Origin: Camelus ferus
Lineage: Eukaryota
NCBI RefSeq assembly: GCF_009834535.1
Contig: NC_045698.1
Location: forward strand, 1,552,001 to 1,616,000
DNA length: 64,000 bases
Reading direction: 5' to 3'
Shown here one piece after another: positions 13,337-25,765 of this stretch. The notes beneath the pieces were generated by a model, which did not search any database, was not told the origin of the DNA, and worked only from the letters and a program-made list of their open reading frames with translations. Within the stretch, counting starts at the first letter, position 1; every line of letters starts with the position of its first letter. The position numbers were made by a program, and so were the translations under genes.

Positions 13337-13391
13337 TGTATGTGTGTGTGTCTGTGTGTGTGTGGAGGTGTCTGTCTGTGTGTGTGTGTGT
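13337..13391. repeat. Imperfect (TG)n microsatellite
   Basis: Directly visible in the sequence. Confidence 0.9.
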
Positions 13392-16300
13392 GGGGGGGAG
13401 GTGTTTAAACCAGCCTAGAAGTGAATATGTCCCTGAAACCGTCCCACACTCAACCTGCTCAGGCTGTGCTTAGAGTGGCTGAATCGGCCGTGCGGGCCTC
13501 AGCCATCACTCTGCAATCATGTCTTGCTCCTTGAAGCCTCAGAACCGAATGAGGACTTCAGAGCGCTGGCCCTGGACTCTTAATAAGGTTTATATCCGCA
13601 TTATACGGTCCGTGTGTAGCCTTTGCTAATAGACTGCTCTCCTTTCGGTATGAAGACCTCCAGGACCACATGTGTGGGCCCCTAACTGCTTCCAAGTTTC
13701 CACCTCTAATCTCGCTGGGATTACTTCCACTGGGGGGGTCTGAAGGCTCCGGATGAGGGCAGAAGGCAAAAGTCCTTCTAGGAGAGGAATCTCTCCGCGC
13801 CATGCTGTGTCCTCACTGCAGAGCACCCGGCCCCCCTCGGCCGGCAGGACTCCTCGTCCTCCAATGTCCGACACAGCTCTCACCTCCCCTAGGAAACCAG
13901 CCACCTCGGAATGAACGGCTCTCTCTGCCGAGCCCCCGGAGCGGCGCTGCGTCTCTTCACAGCACGGTCCCTGACGCGGGGCTGGTGCCGGCGGGGTCTC
14001 TGGGGGCCGCGCCCGCGGGGGCGGGACTCACTCGGCTTTGGCGCCTGCTCTGCATCCCCAGCCCGAGACAGAACAGCCGCGGGCGTGCAGACCCGGGACG
14101 CCCACTCTGGTGGCTCAGAATAATTTTTTTCTCACCCTCCAGCTTCTTGGGTGTTCTGGACTTGTGAGCACTTAGTCGAAAGTCCAGTCGAACTCAGAAA
14201 CGACACTCACAATTTTAACAAAGAATTTAGTGTAGGAAGTTGCTTAAACTGGTACTGGAGAATCAGGAACCATACGGATCCCTGAGGTGACAGGGTCTCG
14301 GTGCAAGCAGGCTGCACCCTCACACTGGGGCAGGATGAGGATGGGCTGAGAGCTTGGAGGACGGCCCCGCGGAGCTGGACCCAGACCCCCCGGAGGAGGT
14401 GGTGATGCCCGCCCAGGCTGGTGTCTGGACGGGAAGCCACTCTTGGGCATGCGGGAACATTAGAATCAGGACTCTGGGCCCAACCGAAAGGCCACGTAGG
14501 GGAGGCGCCCTCCAGGGCAGCAGGGACACGGGAGGACCAAGGGCCTTCATCCTTCCGCCGCCCTGGGCTCCTCTCCGGCGGTGCCCCTGCTGGTGGAGCC
14601 TGATGGGCGAGCTGCCCGGGAGAGATGCCGTGGCAGGGCCAGCCCCGCGCAGCCTGGCCGAGTTCAGTACAGGAGGCGAGCTCGGGGCTGAGACAGGGTA
14701 ACTGATAAGCGGCTCGGGGCTGGACGCGAGCAGAGCTGCAGACCTGCAGGCTGAGCTGCCTCCTCGGCTCGAGCACTAGGCGGCCGGCCATCTGCATGAT
14801 GGGTGGCTTCAAGGGGCCTCCGGTCTGGAACGCTCGAACACCGGGGCTCGCTGTGCGCTGGCTGACGACGGTCCCACTGGCCATGCCCGGCCACTCTGTT
14901 ATCGGGAAGTGGGGGTCTGGCCAGATGATGTAGCACCAAATGCCAGCCAACAAGTTCTCCGCAGTTTTGCTTCGAGGGTGGCTGGAGACGGAGCACGTTA
15001 CGTGAAGTCATTTCTCTGACACGTTGACCCCAAAGCCCGGACACCATGTCGGAACAGGCACCCGAGTCTGACGTTTGTTCCTATCTGTGGGAAGCGATGA
15101 GAAGTGAAGCATCTGAAAAAAGAGATTCTTAAAAATTAAAATAAAGGCACACTTCGGTTTCACGATGTTCCTACTGGTCTTGTGCCTCCATTCCCGCTGG
15201 ACGGCCTCCATGCAAGACCCTTCTGGTTCCCTGTGCTCAGGGCGACTCACTCAAAGGTTTCTGGTGCGACTGTCCTTCCCACGACGCCCTGGTCTGAGGA
15301 GGAAGATGGCGGTGGGCGGGCGCCGCGGGTGCTGCTGGCGCTGGCTGCACGGCTACCGACAACCACGCCAGGCCTTCCCCCATCGACTGCCTGGGAGACT
15401 TAAGGACAGGGTGACCTGATGTCCAGCTAATTCCTGATATATTACTTATTCCAATAAATCACGCTTTAGCCTCAAGCTGCTTAAAAGCCGCTGAGTTCCA
15501 CGGAAAGGCGCTGAGTGGAAAGGAGGCTGCAAAGCGCCACGGGCACAACCGGCCACCGTGCAGTCCTCGCCTCAGACCCACCTCCTGCCGCCCGTGGAGC
15601 AAAGCGGGCCGTGGGCCCCCAGCCCGCACGGTTGTCCCGAGGAGCGCGTGTCCCGCGTCGGAGGGGACCACGCCTGCGGTCCGTCCTTGTGACCGTGCCA
15701 TGTGTTGTACCTGCGATGTCGTCACGAGAACACAGCCCTCCCGTCCCGGTGGGATCTAACCCAGGACGCGCGTGCCGGGGACTGGCCGTCATTCACCTGG
15801 TCCCGCCCTGCGGCCTCGTGCGCCGTGCTCTGGGGGTGACCTCACTGGGGGTCGGAGGGGAGGAAGGGACACGAGGAGACCGGGGGACACAGAGCAGGCA
15901 TGTTCACTCATGTCCACAGAGCCGACGGGATGCTCAGGCCCAGCTTCTGTCTCCCGGCTTCTCCACGAGACCCCAGCTTGGAAAGAAACGGGAGGACAGA
16001 GGAGCCCAGGGAAGATGCTGTCCCAGACGTGGACCCCGCCTCACGGGCCGCGAAGCCCCTGAGCCACCCAGCCCATCCTCCCAGGAGGGGAGCTGCGTGC
16101 AGACCCGCCACGCACCTGCACGCGGAGGAGGGGGGCAGAGGGTGGCTCTTGAAGCTGCTCCTGGGGGGAGTCCTAGGGACAGGAACCTGCGCCCGTCCCT
16201 CAATTCTGCAAATAAGCGAAGGGAAGTGAAGGTCTTTTGTTGTTTCCCTTTCTATTAGAACTCGGTTTTCATCGTCGTCCTCTGAGCTGTGGAAACGGGA

Positions 16301-17129
16301 GCCATGGCTGGTCTCCCTCCGGGAAAGGGATACCAAGCACCGAGCTGGGAGCCTCGGCCGCCCTGCGGACGCACCCCTGTGCACACGCTTGAAGAAGGGG
16401 CGGGTCCGGGGCTCAGCTCGTCTTCCCATGGCCAGGCGAAGGGCTCGTGGGAGGGTGTCGGCACCGGGAGGAGGCAGCATTGCCCTGGGCCAGCCCCCGG
16501 ATGTGGACCACGGCCACTGAAGGGCTCCCCGTCATGGAGGACACAGAAGGCCTCTGATTACATGACACAATTTCTCATAAACGTGTCTGCACAGACAGGG
16601 GTGCCAGCTGCCATCCGACGTGATGACGACGGCCACGGCGGGGTCTTGGGGACGGCCGACAAGCACCCTGAGGCCGGCGTGGTGCTGACTGCCCAGCAGG
16701 TCTGCCCTGGGGGCCGCCCATCGGAAGGTCAAAGGGCAGGTGTAAACCTTACCTCGAGTGGCTTGATTTCTGCTTCGTGCTGATCATGGCCGCCCCCAGG
16801 TTCCTTCCTGTAGCCCTAAGCTCCAGGGCAAAGTGGAAGCAGCTGTGGCTCAAATGCTCACTCAACAGGGAGCCTCCGGTCCAGCCGGGACCCAGAGGCC
16901 CCCCACGAGAACCCCAGTCAGCCGAGTCCCGGGGGGGCAGATCAGGAGACGGGCCTGGACTCAGCCTCCACTCATCTTCTGGACCAGAAAATAGCTTTTT
17001 AAAAGTAAACGGGCCTTTGTGACCACACACAGCTCAGATTCCAAAACATGCATGAAGTTAGTCACAAAGCAAAATTTACTGTGGGACTCTGGGCTGGAGG
17101 GGGCAGCCGGCGTGGAGGTTGCGAGCTTT

Positions 17130-17270
17130 GGCCCGCTGGCAGGCAGACGTGGGCCTCCTGGGAGTGGGCCACTTAAGTGTACCTGATTTGAGGGCTCTTG
17201 GCCCTCGTCTATGAAATAAAGATGAGAAGAGATCCTTCTTCAGTGCAATGGTATATAAATTAATGTACTA
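17130..17270 (+). mobile_element. MIR relic
   Basis: gggccacttaag..cctga...ccctcgtctatgaaataaagatgag resembles the MIR core. Confidence 0.45.
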
Positions 17271-18462
17271 GGAGTCAGGTATGGGGGGAAATGTCAAGAA
17301 ATACGTTCGTGATATCACCAATTTCCATCCAATTAACTAAAACTCCGTCTCTAGATAGACTCAGCTAGACTTCCGGGGCCCAGCCTCTCTCACAAATGTT
17401 TCTCGTGAGTGACTTTTTCCTGTGTTTGTAAAGAAAGCACCAGCGTGCCCATCTCTGGAGCAGCAGCAGGCGTGGGAGGAGAGCAGGCTCTCTGTTCAGC
17501 AGGCCTGAGCCCCGCCCAGGGCAGATCCTTCAGGGAGCCCCCCGGCCCCCAGAGGCAGAGACTGTGCCCCTCTCCCCGCAAAAGCACGTGCCATCAGCGC
17601 TGTCCTCCCCAACGCTGGTCTACCTCCCAGGAAGGCCGCTGCCCTTTCCCTGTTCAGCTGCGGCAGTGGGTGTTGTTCTTGGAAAACCTGTTACGCACAG
17701 TTATACGGTTTGGGGCCACATAAGCCGGGGCTGGGGACCAGCTCCAGCTGGGCTCCATCCTCAGCTCCTTGCAGTGTGGCCTCAGCATGGACGGCGTGGC
17801 CTGCCCTCCCAGGGTCCCTGCCCTCCTGTTCCCACAGTCCTTTCATGTGCTGCCTTTGTGTCTCCGGATTCTGACGGTTTCCCGTGTCCGCCTGCCTCCC
17901 TAGGGAGCAGCCTGAGCCTGGAGAGCCAGGTCAGCATGGCGCTCCCGGTGCTTCCGGCACCAAGCCCCCTGCTCGCCCGGTGTCAGGCAGCAGTGGGCCA
18001 AGGGGGTGACGGGCCAGTGGGCCACGTCTTGAACGGTCTGACTCTGTAAGACCAGCAGAGACTCTCGGCTAGGGACACAGTGACCCCTGAGAAACATGGC
18101 ATTCGGGATAAAAAGCTCTGTCACGTAACCCCAGGTGACCCCTCACCGCCAGTCCGAGTCTCTGTGTGTCTGGAGGGGACCCCCAGCCACCTTGGCAGGG
18201 AGAGGGCAGCAGAGGCACAGAGCAGGGGGGACCCGGCCAGCGATGGGAAGGGGGGCTTTCAGACGCCCAGCTCTCTCTGAGACACACGACTTCTCTGTCC
18301 GCCCACTGAGGACAGCTGTCCTCACGGAAGCCGTCCTCATCAAAGCGCTGCCTCAGCTCCTGGCCGGAGGGCACAGAGCAGGGGAGACCCAGGCCCAGCG
18401 ATGGAAGGGGGGTCCTCCGCACGGGAGGCAGGTTCTGGCTGCCCCACTGTCATCAAGGGTGA

Positions 18463-18584
18463 TTTTTTTTAATTCTTAATTTTTATTGAAATACAGTTGG
18501 TTTACAATGTCAGTTTCAGTTGTACAACAAAGCGATTCAGTTGTACATACACATACACACGTGTATATATTCTTCAGATTCTTT
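18463..18584 (-). mobile_element. L1 3'-end fragment
   Basis: tttttattgaaatacagttggtttacaatgtcagtttcagttgtacaacaaagcgattcagttgtacatac...ttcagattctttt. Confidence 0.8.
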
Positions 18585-18778
18585 TGAGACTGTTTCTTAG
18601 CATCAAAGGGGAAAAGCCACGTTCATCAACATAACCAGATGCTCATTTGATGGTAAACTTAGCCGACTGCCTTACCACTCCTATCTGCATATCTGTATAC
18701 TTCCGTGTATGTGTCTTAAGGGAAGATGATGGTGACTCCCCACACCCCGGGACAGTGGAACCCTCTCGGCGCCGTCCC

Positions 18779-18873
18779 GCAGCCTCGGTGTCCCCTGCGG
18801 CCTTGGTGTCCCCTGCAGCCTTGGTGTCCCTTGCGGCCTCAGTGTCCCCTGCAGCCTCGGTGTCCCCTGCGGC
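18779..18873. repeat. 18-bp minisatellite (gcRgcctYggtgtcccct), ~5.3 copies
   Basis: Units start at 18779, 18797, 18815, 18833 and 18851, with a partial unit at 18869. Confidence 0.95.
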
Positions 18874-20165
18874 GGTGCCTCCTTGCCCGGCACTTTGCAC
18901 GGCGTCTAACGACATGGCCGCTATGAAACAAGAAGGAAAGAACATGCTTGGGGAACAAAGGAGGCATCACTCCACCCCATTCTCCTTTCTCCCGACACTT
19001 TCAAAGGCAGCAGACACCTCTGCAGACTGGAGCTGAAAGGCAGCGCCAGCCGCCGCTTGCCCCTGCGGGGCGCGTCCCGCAAAGGCGCTGGCAGTCTTCC
19101 CGTCCTGGGCTCCCCGCTCCTCTCCCCTTCTGATGTCTTTCCAGGTTGGAGCTCCTGCCTAGATGAAACAGATGACTTTCTGGGCCCGCTTCTGCTCACA
19201 GCAGGCAGGAGCAACAGTGACTGATTGGTTGAAACATGAGGATTAATGGGTATTTATATTTCATTAAATTTTATGCTCACTGGAGAATAATGTATCACTC
19301 GCAGATATTGAAACATATGTCAACCCTATCCACTTACATATAATTCAATTTGACTTAAATGCATTGATCAAATTTTATTAAAGTCCAATACATCTTCCAA
19401 AAAGGCCTGGTCGCAGAGGACTGTCCCTTCAGAGTCACCTGACGGAAGGGACCGATCGTGTTATAACCTGATTTATACCATTTTTCGGGAAAAGAGAAAC
19501 GATTGTGGATGAAAGTCTCGTTGTAAGGTGACCAAGGGCCATGTGGAAGACTTGCGAGTGAGATTATCAGGCACATTTAAAGCCAGGCCTTGCGAACGTG
19601 ACCCTGGAGGGAGTGACATTGCTGTGATAGTCCCGGAACACGTCGCAGAGAAGCCCTCTGGAATCTGCACCCAAGACTCCTCCCTATGAGAGCCCAGGAC
19701 CTGGGAGGGCGCTGTCCCGCGTGGGGCTCCCTCCTCTGTCCTCCACCCACGTCCTCTCCACTCTTGTCTCCCCACTCCTCTGTCCCTCCCGCTTCGACGT
19801 AAGGACGGGTCTACGTACAAACAAAAAAAAGCTTGAATACATGTAAGCACTCAACACGGGCTTTACCAGGAGTTGTAACACTTTGCTCTTCATATTAAAA
19901 TTCTATCTGAAATGTTTCTACATGCTCCCAACATGATCACAGTGTATTATGAGCAGAAGGTGATGATTTAAGTATAGAAAGAAAGAATGTCCAGTAGGAT
20001 ATGGGTTTCACGTGCAGCCTAACTTGTGGGATTCCTAACACAATCAACAGAACAGGAGTTGCCTCCATTCAAGGGGTGTCTTGATAGACACGCACCCCAA
20101 CTTTCCAGCTGGTTTGCACAAGAACTTAAAGCAAACTCTTCCTGACTCAAGAATCTGGACTGTGG

Positions 20166-20300
20166 TGGGGAGGGTATAGGTCGGTGGAAGAGTGTGTTCT
20201 TAGCAGGCACGAGGTCCTGGGTTCAATCCCCAGCACCTCCACTAAGAAATAAATAAATAATCATAGTTACCCCCTCAAAATAAATAAAATTTAAAAAAAA
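20166..20300 (+). mobile_element. tRNA-derived SINE (camelid Vic-1-like) with A-rich tail and target-site duplication
   Basis: tRNA-like head ggggagggtataggtcggtggaagagtgtgttcttagcaggcacgaggtcctgggttcaatccccagcacctcc with B-box GGTTCAATCC at 20220-20229, then an A-rich tail. Flanks aagaatctggac (20149-20160) and aagaatttggac (20299-20310). Confidence 0.9.
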
Positions 20301-22724
20301 GAATTTGGACCTTGGGACCACAGGTCTTGCTCTGGAAAATGAAATGCCAGAGTCAGATCAGTTTCTCAAGCTTGGCAAAGACGAGATAGATGGACTGATC
20401 GATGAGCACAATAGACAGACAGACATGCTATCAGAAAAAAAGGAGAGGCAGGGTTTCTCATGCCTTTAGATTCTTTAGTGAGACCTTCAGCTTCAGCACA
20501 AGCCGTGACGTGCTGGTGCGTCCAGGGATGGCGGTGCTGGCGGTGTCCTGCCATTCTCGCCGGAGACGCCTCATTTCCCGAGCAGCCATAAGCCCCCAGC
20601 AGAGCTGCATGGAAGTCAGGGAGCCCTGCTCTGGGAGTGCTGGACCAGTAATCTCCAGGGTCCCTTTGTGCTGGAAAATTCTATTTCTTAGATTAGGTGG
20701 TGACAACCATTGTTAAAAATACTATTGCCCAGGTATTTTAGACATAAATATGAGTGAGGAATGTGGAGACTCAGATACCTGCAGGTTTATAAAGTAATCA
20801 GAAATAAAGAGGAAGAGTTGGCCTTAAACACGTCTGTTTCAAAAGTCAAATTTTGACTGGAGCTTTGAAATAGTAAAATTCATTTCCTGAAAGGTTCTCT
20901 CAGGCTATTTCTTTAAAAATAACCATATGACCTGGAGGGCCACCCACCTGCTCCCCAGGGTTGACCTTCAGGTGCCTGAGATGACAGGGGCCTGTGTGCA
21001 ACACAGACGGGGGCCAGGTGTGTGGCCAGCAGTCCCCTGCGAGACCCTGGGTCTCAGGTCTGTGATTCCAGTGCCCAGCACAAAGACATGGGAGTGGACA
21101 GCACGATGACCAGTGGAAGGAAGGCACCCTAACCCCTGGGGCAGCAGGTTCGCGGCCCCACCCTCTGGGAGCAGGCTGCCTGGGCTGCGGCCCTGGCGCA
21201 GGTGCCGGGTGAGCAGCCCGTGCCCTGCAGGTGGTCTGGGCCCAGCGAGCACCCCCGTGACTTGCCACCTCTGCCACCGAGGACAAGGGTGAGCCCCGGA
21301 GGCCCTGCTGGGCTTCTGGGCTGGGCCTCCACGGGCCTCGCCCCCCTGCTGCCTGGGCAAGTGTCTGGGGGTCGGTGGTCCTCGGGGAGCCACGCTGTCT
21401 CACCCCGACAGCTTCAGCACAGACCTGGCTTCCACCGGCCCCTCATTGCACCTCCAGAGCCCAGACCTGCCAGAAGTTCTCTGCCGGGAGTCATCCTCTC
21501 CCCATTCCTCATGCTCGGCCCCCTTGAACTTGACACACGTTGGGTCCTAGCCGCAAGGCTTCTTTAGTCACCGAGACTTGGGCAAGGCTGTCTCGGTGGT
21601 CCAAGGCACAGTGCTTGTCCCAGGCCCCACGGTTGTCGGTCAGCTGCCCTGTTCCTCACAACAGCTCAAAGGCCTTTGACCACCGAGTCCCAAGTGCCCT
21701 GAGCAGTGCTTCAGTACCTGGGTTCCCGGAGCATCCGTGGGCCCGGCTGGCCTGGCTCCTGGAGGCCGCAACGCGCAAGCTGGGCCTTTAGTCCTGTAGA
21801 GAGAGAGCAACACACCTCACTTGCTCACAGATCCAGACATTGAACTCTCCCAGCAGGAAAGTGGCCAAGGACATTAACCAATTACTCATAAAGAGGACCT
21901 GGAAAATACCGAACAACAGAAAGTTTTAAAGCTGTCAGACCAAAGTAGAATGTGAAAAGGCAAGACACAGCCACTAACGGAGCCTGGAGACAGAGTCCTG
22001 AGGCCGCCGTTTGGCAGGAGGGAGCTTCCCGTCCCTCCTGCCAGAACCAGTGCGGAAACGGCTTTGACCCTGAGAGTCAGATCAGATGGACACCGCCTCG
22101 CTTGCAAGATGACTGCTCTTCCCTGAAGGATGGGGTCATCTTCTGAGAAGATGCTTCAGAAGAACAAGCCGGCACCTCGCAGGGTAGCACCTCATGGGAG
22201 CTGGGTTCCAGCTGCAGCCAGCACCTCACACGGAGAAGCCCGGGTAGCTAGACACAGTTTGAACTCAGACCCCAACTTCCCATGAGACAGGGATTCCTTC
22301 TGATTCACCCTTTTACCTCTCGCAGTGTTTAGGGTCTCCAAAATATGGCTAAGAATATAAGAAGGGAGGAAGAAACGGAGGAAGGAAGCTGCTTAGGGAC
22401 AAAAGCCAGCCTGGTTTTCTCCTCTGCAGGTGCTGCCCTGTCACCCACCTCCATGGCCAGGGCAGAGCCGGCCCCGGGGGAGCGGGCAGATGCCCAGGGG
22501 CTGTGTGGGGTGACAACAGCATGTACGTAGACACTGCAGTCAGTCTCATCGCACCTCGGGAAATATGAGGGCAAGATGTAAGGCCAGCTCTGGGAAGGAG
22601 CCAAGCGGCTTTCTAGAAAATTACTGCGTGTTGTTGATAGCTTTGTTCAGGAAGTCTGCTGTTCAGAGCTGGCCTGGGAGCAGCACACACAGCCAACCAG
22701 GGACACAGAGGGCTCTCCGAGGCG

Positions 22725-22832
22725 GCGTGTGCGTGTGTGCATGCATGTGTGTGCGTGCATGTGTGCATGTGCATGTGTGCATGTGCATGCATCTGCACGT
22801 GTGCAAGTGTGTGTGCACGTGTGCATGTGTGT
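22725..22832. repeat. (TG/TGCA)n alternating purine-pyrimidine tract
   Basis: ~105 bp of gtgtgcatgcatgtgtgtgc... Confidence 0.9.
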
Positions 22833-22894
22833 GGAGATCGGGGGAGGAAGGGAGGGCGTGAACGAGCCTACACTGTACTCTAGTTCATCCAAGA

Positions 22895-23065
22895 GACCGT
22901 TTTTCGTCATCAACATCCCGCTGGTGTTAGTTTCAGGTGTGCGGCACACGTGTACATACGTGTACACACGTGTACATACATATCGCATTATTTTCCGCCA
23001 CAGTCCATTGCAAGGCACTGGATATAGTTCCCTGTGCCGTGCAGTAGGACCCTGTCGATCTCCGA
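22895..23065 (-). mobile_element. L1 3'-end fragment, GC-shifted
   Basis: gtgttagtttcaggtgtgcggcac...caaggcactggatatagttccctgtgccgtgcagtaggaccctgt. Confidence 0.75.
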
Positions 23066-23638
23066 AGAGGCCGCTTTGTAAGGACACCTGGCTCATGCTG
23101 CCGGGTCCTCCCACAGCGAGAGGCCGTCAGATCCATGGCTGGTGACGTCAGTGCTATTCCAGCCCCCTGCGTCCTTCCATCCGCAAATCAGGACAGTCTC
23201 AGTGTCACCTCTTTGACGGGAGCAGCATGGGCACCGGCTGTGGGAGCTGCGGCTGCGTCCTCAGGACAGGCCCAGGCGGCCCTGCTCCCGGGGGTGGGGG
23301 GCGGGGAACAGATGGGCTCCAGGCTGTGTCTCAGCCTACCCCTCCCACCTGACAGACTTGGGAGGGAGGCTGGTCACCCGGGGACCCGGCAGGCGGCAGC
23401 TGAGCTTGGGCCGCGGGATCTCACCTCGGGGGCCGCTCTGGACCTTGTGCCCGGCAGGGTGGAGGGCAGGGCTGCCACCAGACAGCGCTCCTCTGCCCGA
23501 GAGCCCTGCACCAGGGAGCACTTGACTCCAGGCTTTCGTGAGGCTGCCCGTGCCCCAGCGTCACACCAGCCCTTCTGAAAATCGGAGTGTGGACTTGCCT
23601 CCAACCTCCGAAGAGATGCCTGGTGAAAATTAGCATGA

Positions 23639-23687
23639 CTCTCCCTCTTTCTCTCTCTCCCTCCCTCTCTCTCTCACACACACACAC
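23639..23687. repeat. Compound (CT)n(CA)n microsatellite
   Basis: Directly visible in the sequence. Confidence 0.9.
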
Positions 23688-24692
23688 CTGGCTTCCCCGT
23701 CTCAAGCACAGGCATGCCGACCCCAGGTCGCAGTGGCTCTGAGCATCTTTGGTCCTGAGGGGCGGACCTCTGCGCCGTCCCTGCCTCTGCCCTCAGGAGG
23801 CCCCTGGGAGGCCCCAGACGAGCTCAGAGAGAAAAACGGGCCACGCTTGTGCAACTGTGACCCTCGGGGACGCGTGACCCCGGCTTCCTGGGAAAGCGGC
23901 ACCTCAGCTTCCCCTTGGCCCCACTGCCAGGTGTCCCCCAGCTCCACCCGGGAGGCAGCATCACGCGCGTCAAGCCACCCGGTCCGCACGCGCGCGGGGC
24001 TTCCCGAGCCAGAGCCCCGCCCACCTCCGCAGTTGCGGGGTCCACAGCTGCCAACTCTCCCAATTGCGGAAATGCATCTGCGACCCCAACCCCCCAAGCC
24101 GGGGCTCACCGAGCCTCCCGGGTCCCTCCCGGGCGACGCGGAGACTCGGGGTCTCTGGATGCACCTTCCGGAGGGCAGGGCCCCGCCAGCAGCCTCGGCT
24201 CCCGTGCGGTGAACGGTCCTCCCCGCAGCCTGCTCCCTGCCAGGCCCTCCGGAGCCGTGCGCTCGCTGGTGATGGTTTTGCCGTTTCAGGGCACCCCCCC
24301 ACCCCCCCCCGCCGCCCCAGTGTGGAGCGGCCTGCCCCACCCAGGAGGTGCCTCTGCTGGGTGAGTTGTCTTCGGCCTGAGTTGTGGGCCAGGGGCCGAG
24401 GGGCCAACGTGAATGAATCCACAGTATCTATTCAATACGGTGCCTCTACGCAGAAACACGCATGAAACAAGGTTATGCACTGATGGCTGAGAAGGGCATT
24501 GTGACCAGAGGCCCGCTGGACCCCACCTGCATTTCCTCCTCAAGCCGCGGCTCCGGACCCGCTAAGTCTGTTCCTCAGCGACTTGGCGGGGCATGACCAC
24601 CATGCAGTGGGAACCAGCCACAGCCATCATCCCACTGGGTCTCCTGGGGACGGCAGGCTCCCCCAGGTTTGAGGAATGATTACACGATGTGC

Positions 24693-24878
24693 ATGTGCTC
24701 TCAAACTTGGTCACACATTAGATTATCTGTGACTCTTATAAAACCCAGAGCCACTCACACCTGCCGGGTGAGCCCCCCCGGCTGGGGGGCTCTGCGTTAA
24801 TCAGCTGGGGAAGGGCGCCTGGATTTCCCGGGAACCCCGGTGACTCTACGGTGCAGCCAGAGTCATGAGTCTCCAGTG
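24693..24878. mobile_element. MER5-like hAT-Charlie MITE relic
   Basis: tgctctcaaacttggtcacacattagattatctgtgactcttataaaacccagag...ccggtgactctacggtgcagccagag. Confidence 0.55.
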
Positions 24879-25149
24879 CATCCTGGAGACCAGGCGGGTG
24901 GTTTCCTCGAAACCCACACGGTCAAAACCAGCGTGCCCTAAAGGTGGACAGAAGCTGCCCCCTGGGTCACAGAAGCTCAGTTACTGGTGGGATCTCCCCC
25001 CCCAGACGCTGCACATCAAGGTTGGTTCCAAAACCCTCTGTGGAAGACGGCCCGGCCAGGAGTTCGTGCAGCAACCCTGCATGCAGCATGGGGGCCGCAG
25101 CTTGGCCTCTGGGCCTGGCATTCGGGACCCAAACCCTTCCCACAGCACC

Positions 25150-25602
25150 ATATGAGTCAGGGCTCTGCAGAGGAACAGACCAGTAGGATAAATATTGACA
25201 TATGTGATGAGATTTATTACAAAGTGTTGGCTCACAGAATCACGGAGGCCGGAGGTCCCACAGCCTGCTGTCTGTAAGCTGGAGACCCAGGAGAGCCAGT
25301 GGTGTCGATGCCGGTCTGGGTCTGGAGGCCTGGGACCAGCACCAAACAGGGCGGAAGAGGGGTGACCCTGCTCCACACTCAGGCTGGAGGAGCGAATCCA
25401 GCCATCCCCCACATGTGGCTCCATCAGCATCTGCAGTGGCTGGGACGGGGCCGCCCACACTGGGGAGGGCCGTCGGGTCCCCCCTGTCCACTGATTCAGA
25501 CCCCCATCTCACTCAGACCCCCTTCCAGACTCCCAGGAGTCACGCTAACGGACATCTGGGTGCCTCACGACCCCATCCAGCGGATATGTCAAATCCACCA
25601 TG
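25150..25602 (-). mobile_element. ERVL solo LTR (MLT2-like)
   Basis: agtcagggctctgcagaggaacagaccagtagga...gagatttattacaaag..ttggctcacagaatcacggaggc...gtaagctggagacccaggagagcc...gcccacactggggagggc. Confidence 0.85.
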
Positions 25603-25619
25603 AGAACCTCTCAGGGGCG

Positions 25620-25765
25620 GCGTGATCTTAGGAAACCCCGAGGCCTCCCTGAGCCTCAGGTCTCCTCCGTGAAGCACGGGGGTGACACTGCTTCACCTGC
25701 CGGGAAGTTCTTCTTAGACTGAAGAGTGAAAGCACAGGGCCCGGTTGGTACCTGGTCTGGTGTGT
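25620..25765 (+). mobile_element. MIR relic
   Basis: gtgatcttaggaaac...cctccctgagcctcaggtctcctccgtgaagcacgggggtgaca. Confidence 0.6.

Noticed and set aside
14207..16480. Cluster of long overlapping ORFs (248, 247 and 190 aa)
   Set aside because: Pro/Arg/Gly/Ala-rich on both strands, as expected from high GC; no domain or exon structure recognised. The same holds for ORFs at 23.7-24.4, 32.5-33.2, 34.3-34.9, 40.0-40.7 and 60.8-61.4 kb.
20166..20241. tRNA gene
   Set aside because: The cloverleaf and A-box are degenerate, and the A-rich tail and TSD indicate a SINE.
22565..23145. Cys/His-rich ORFs (CVCACMC / HTCTH)
   Set aside because: These are translations of (TG)n/(CA)n microsatellites, not metal-binding proteins.
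24770..24792. Perfect 9-bp hairpin gagcccccc/ggggggctc
   Set aside because: Low complexity and inside a MER5-like relic; too short for a miRNA precursor.
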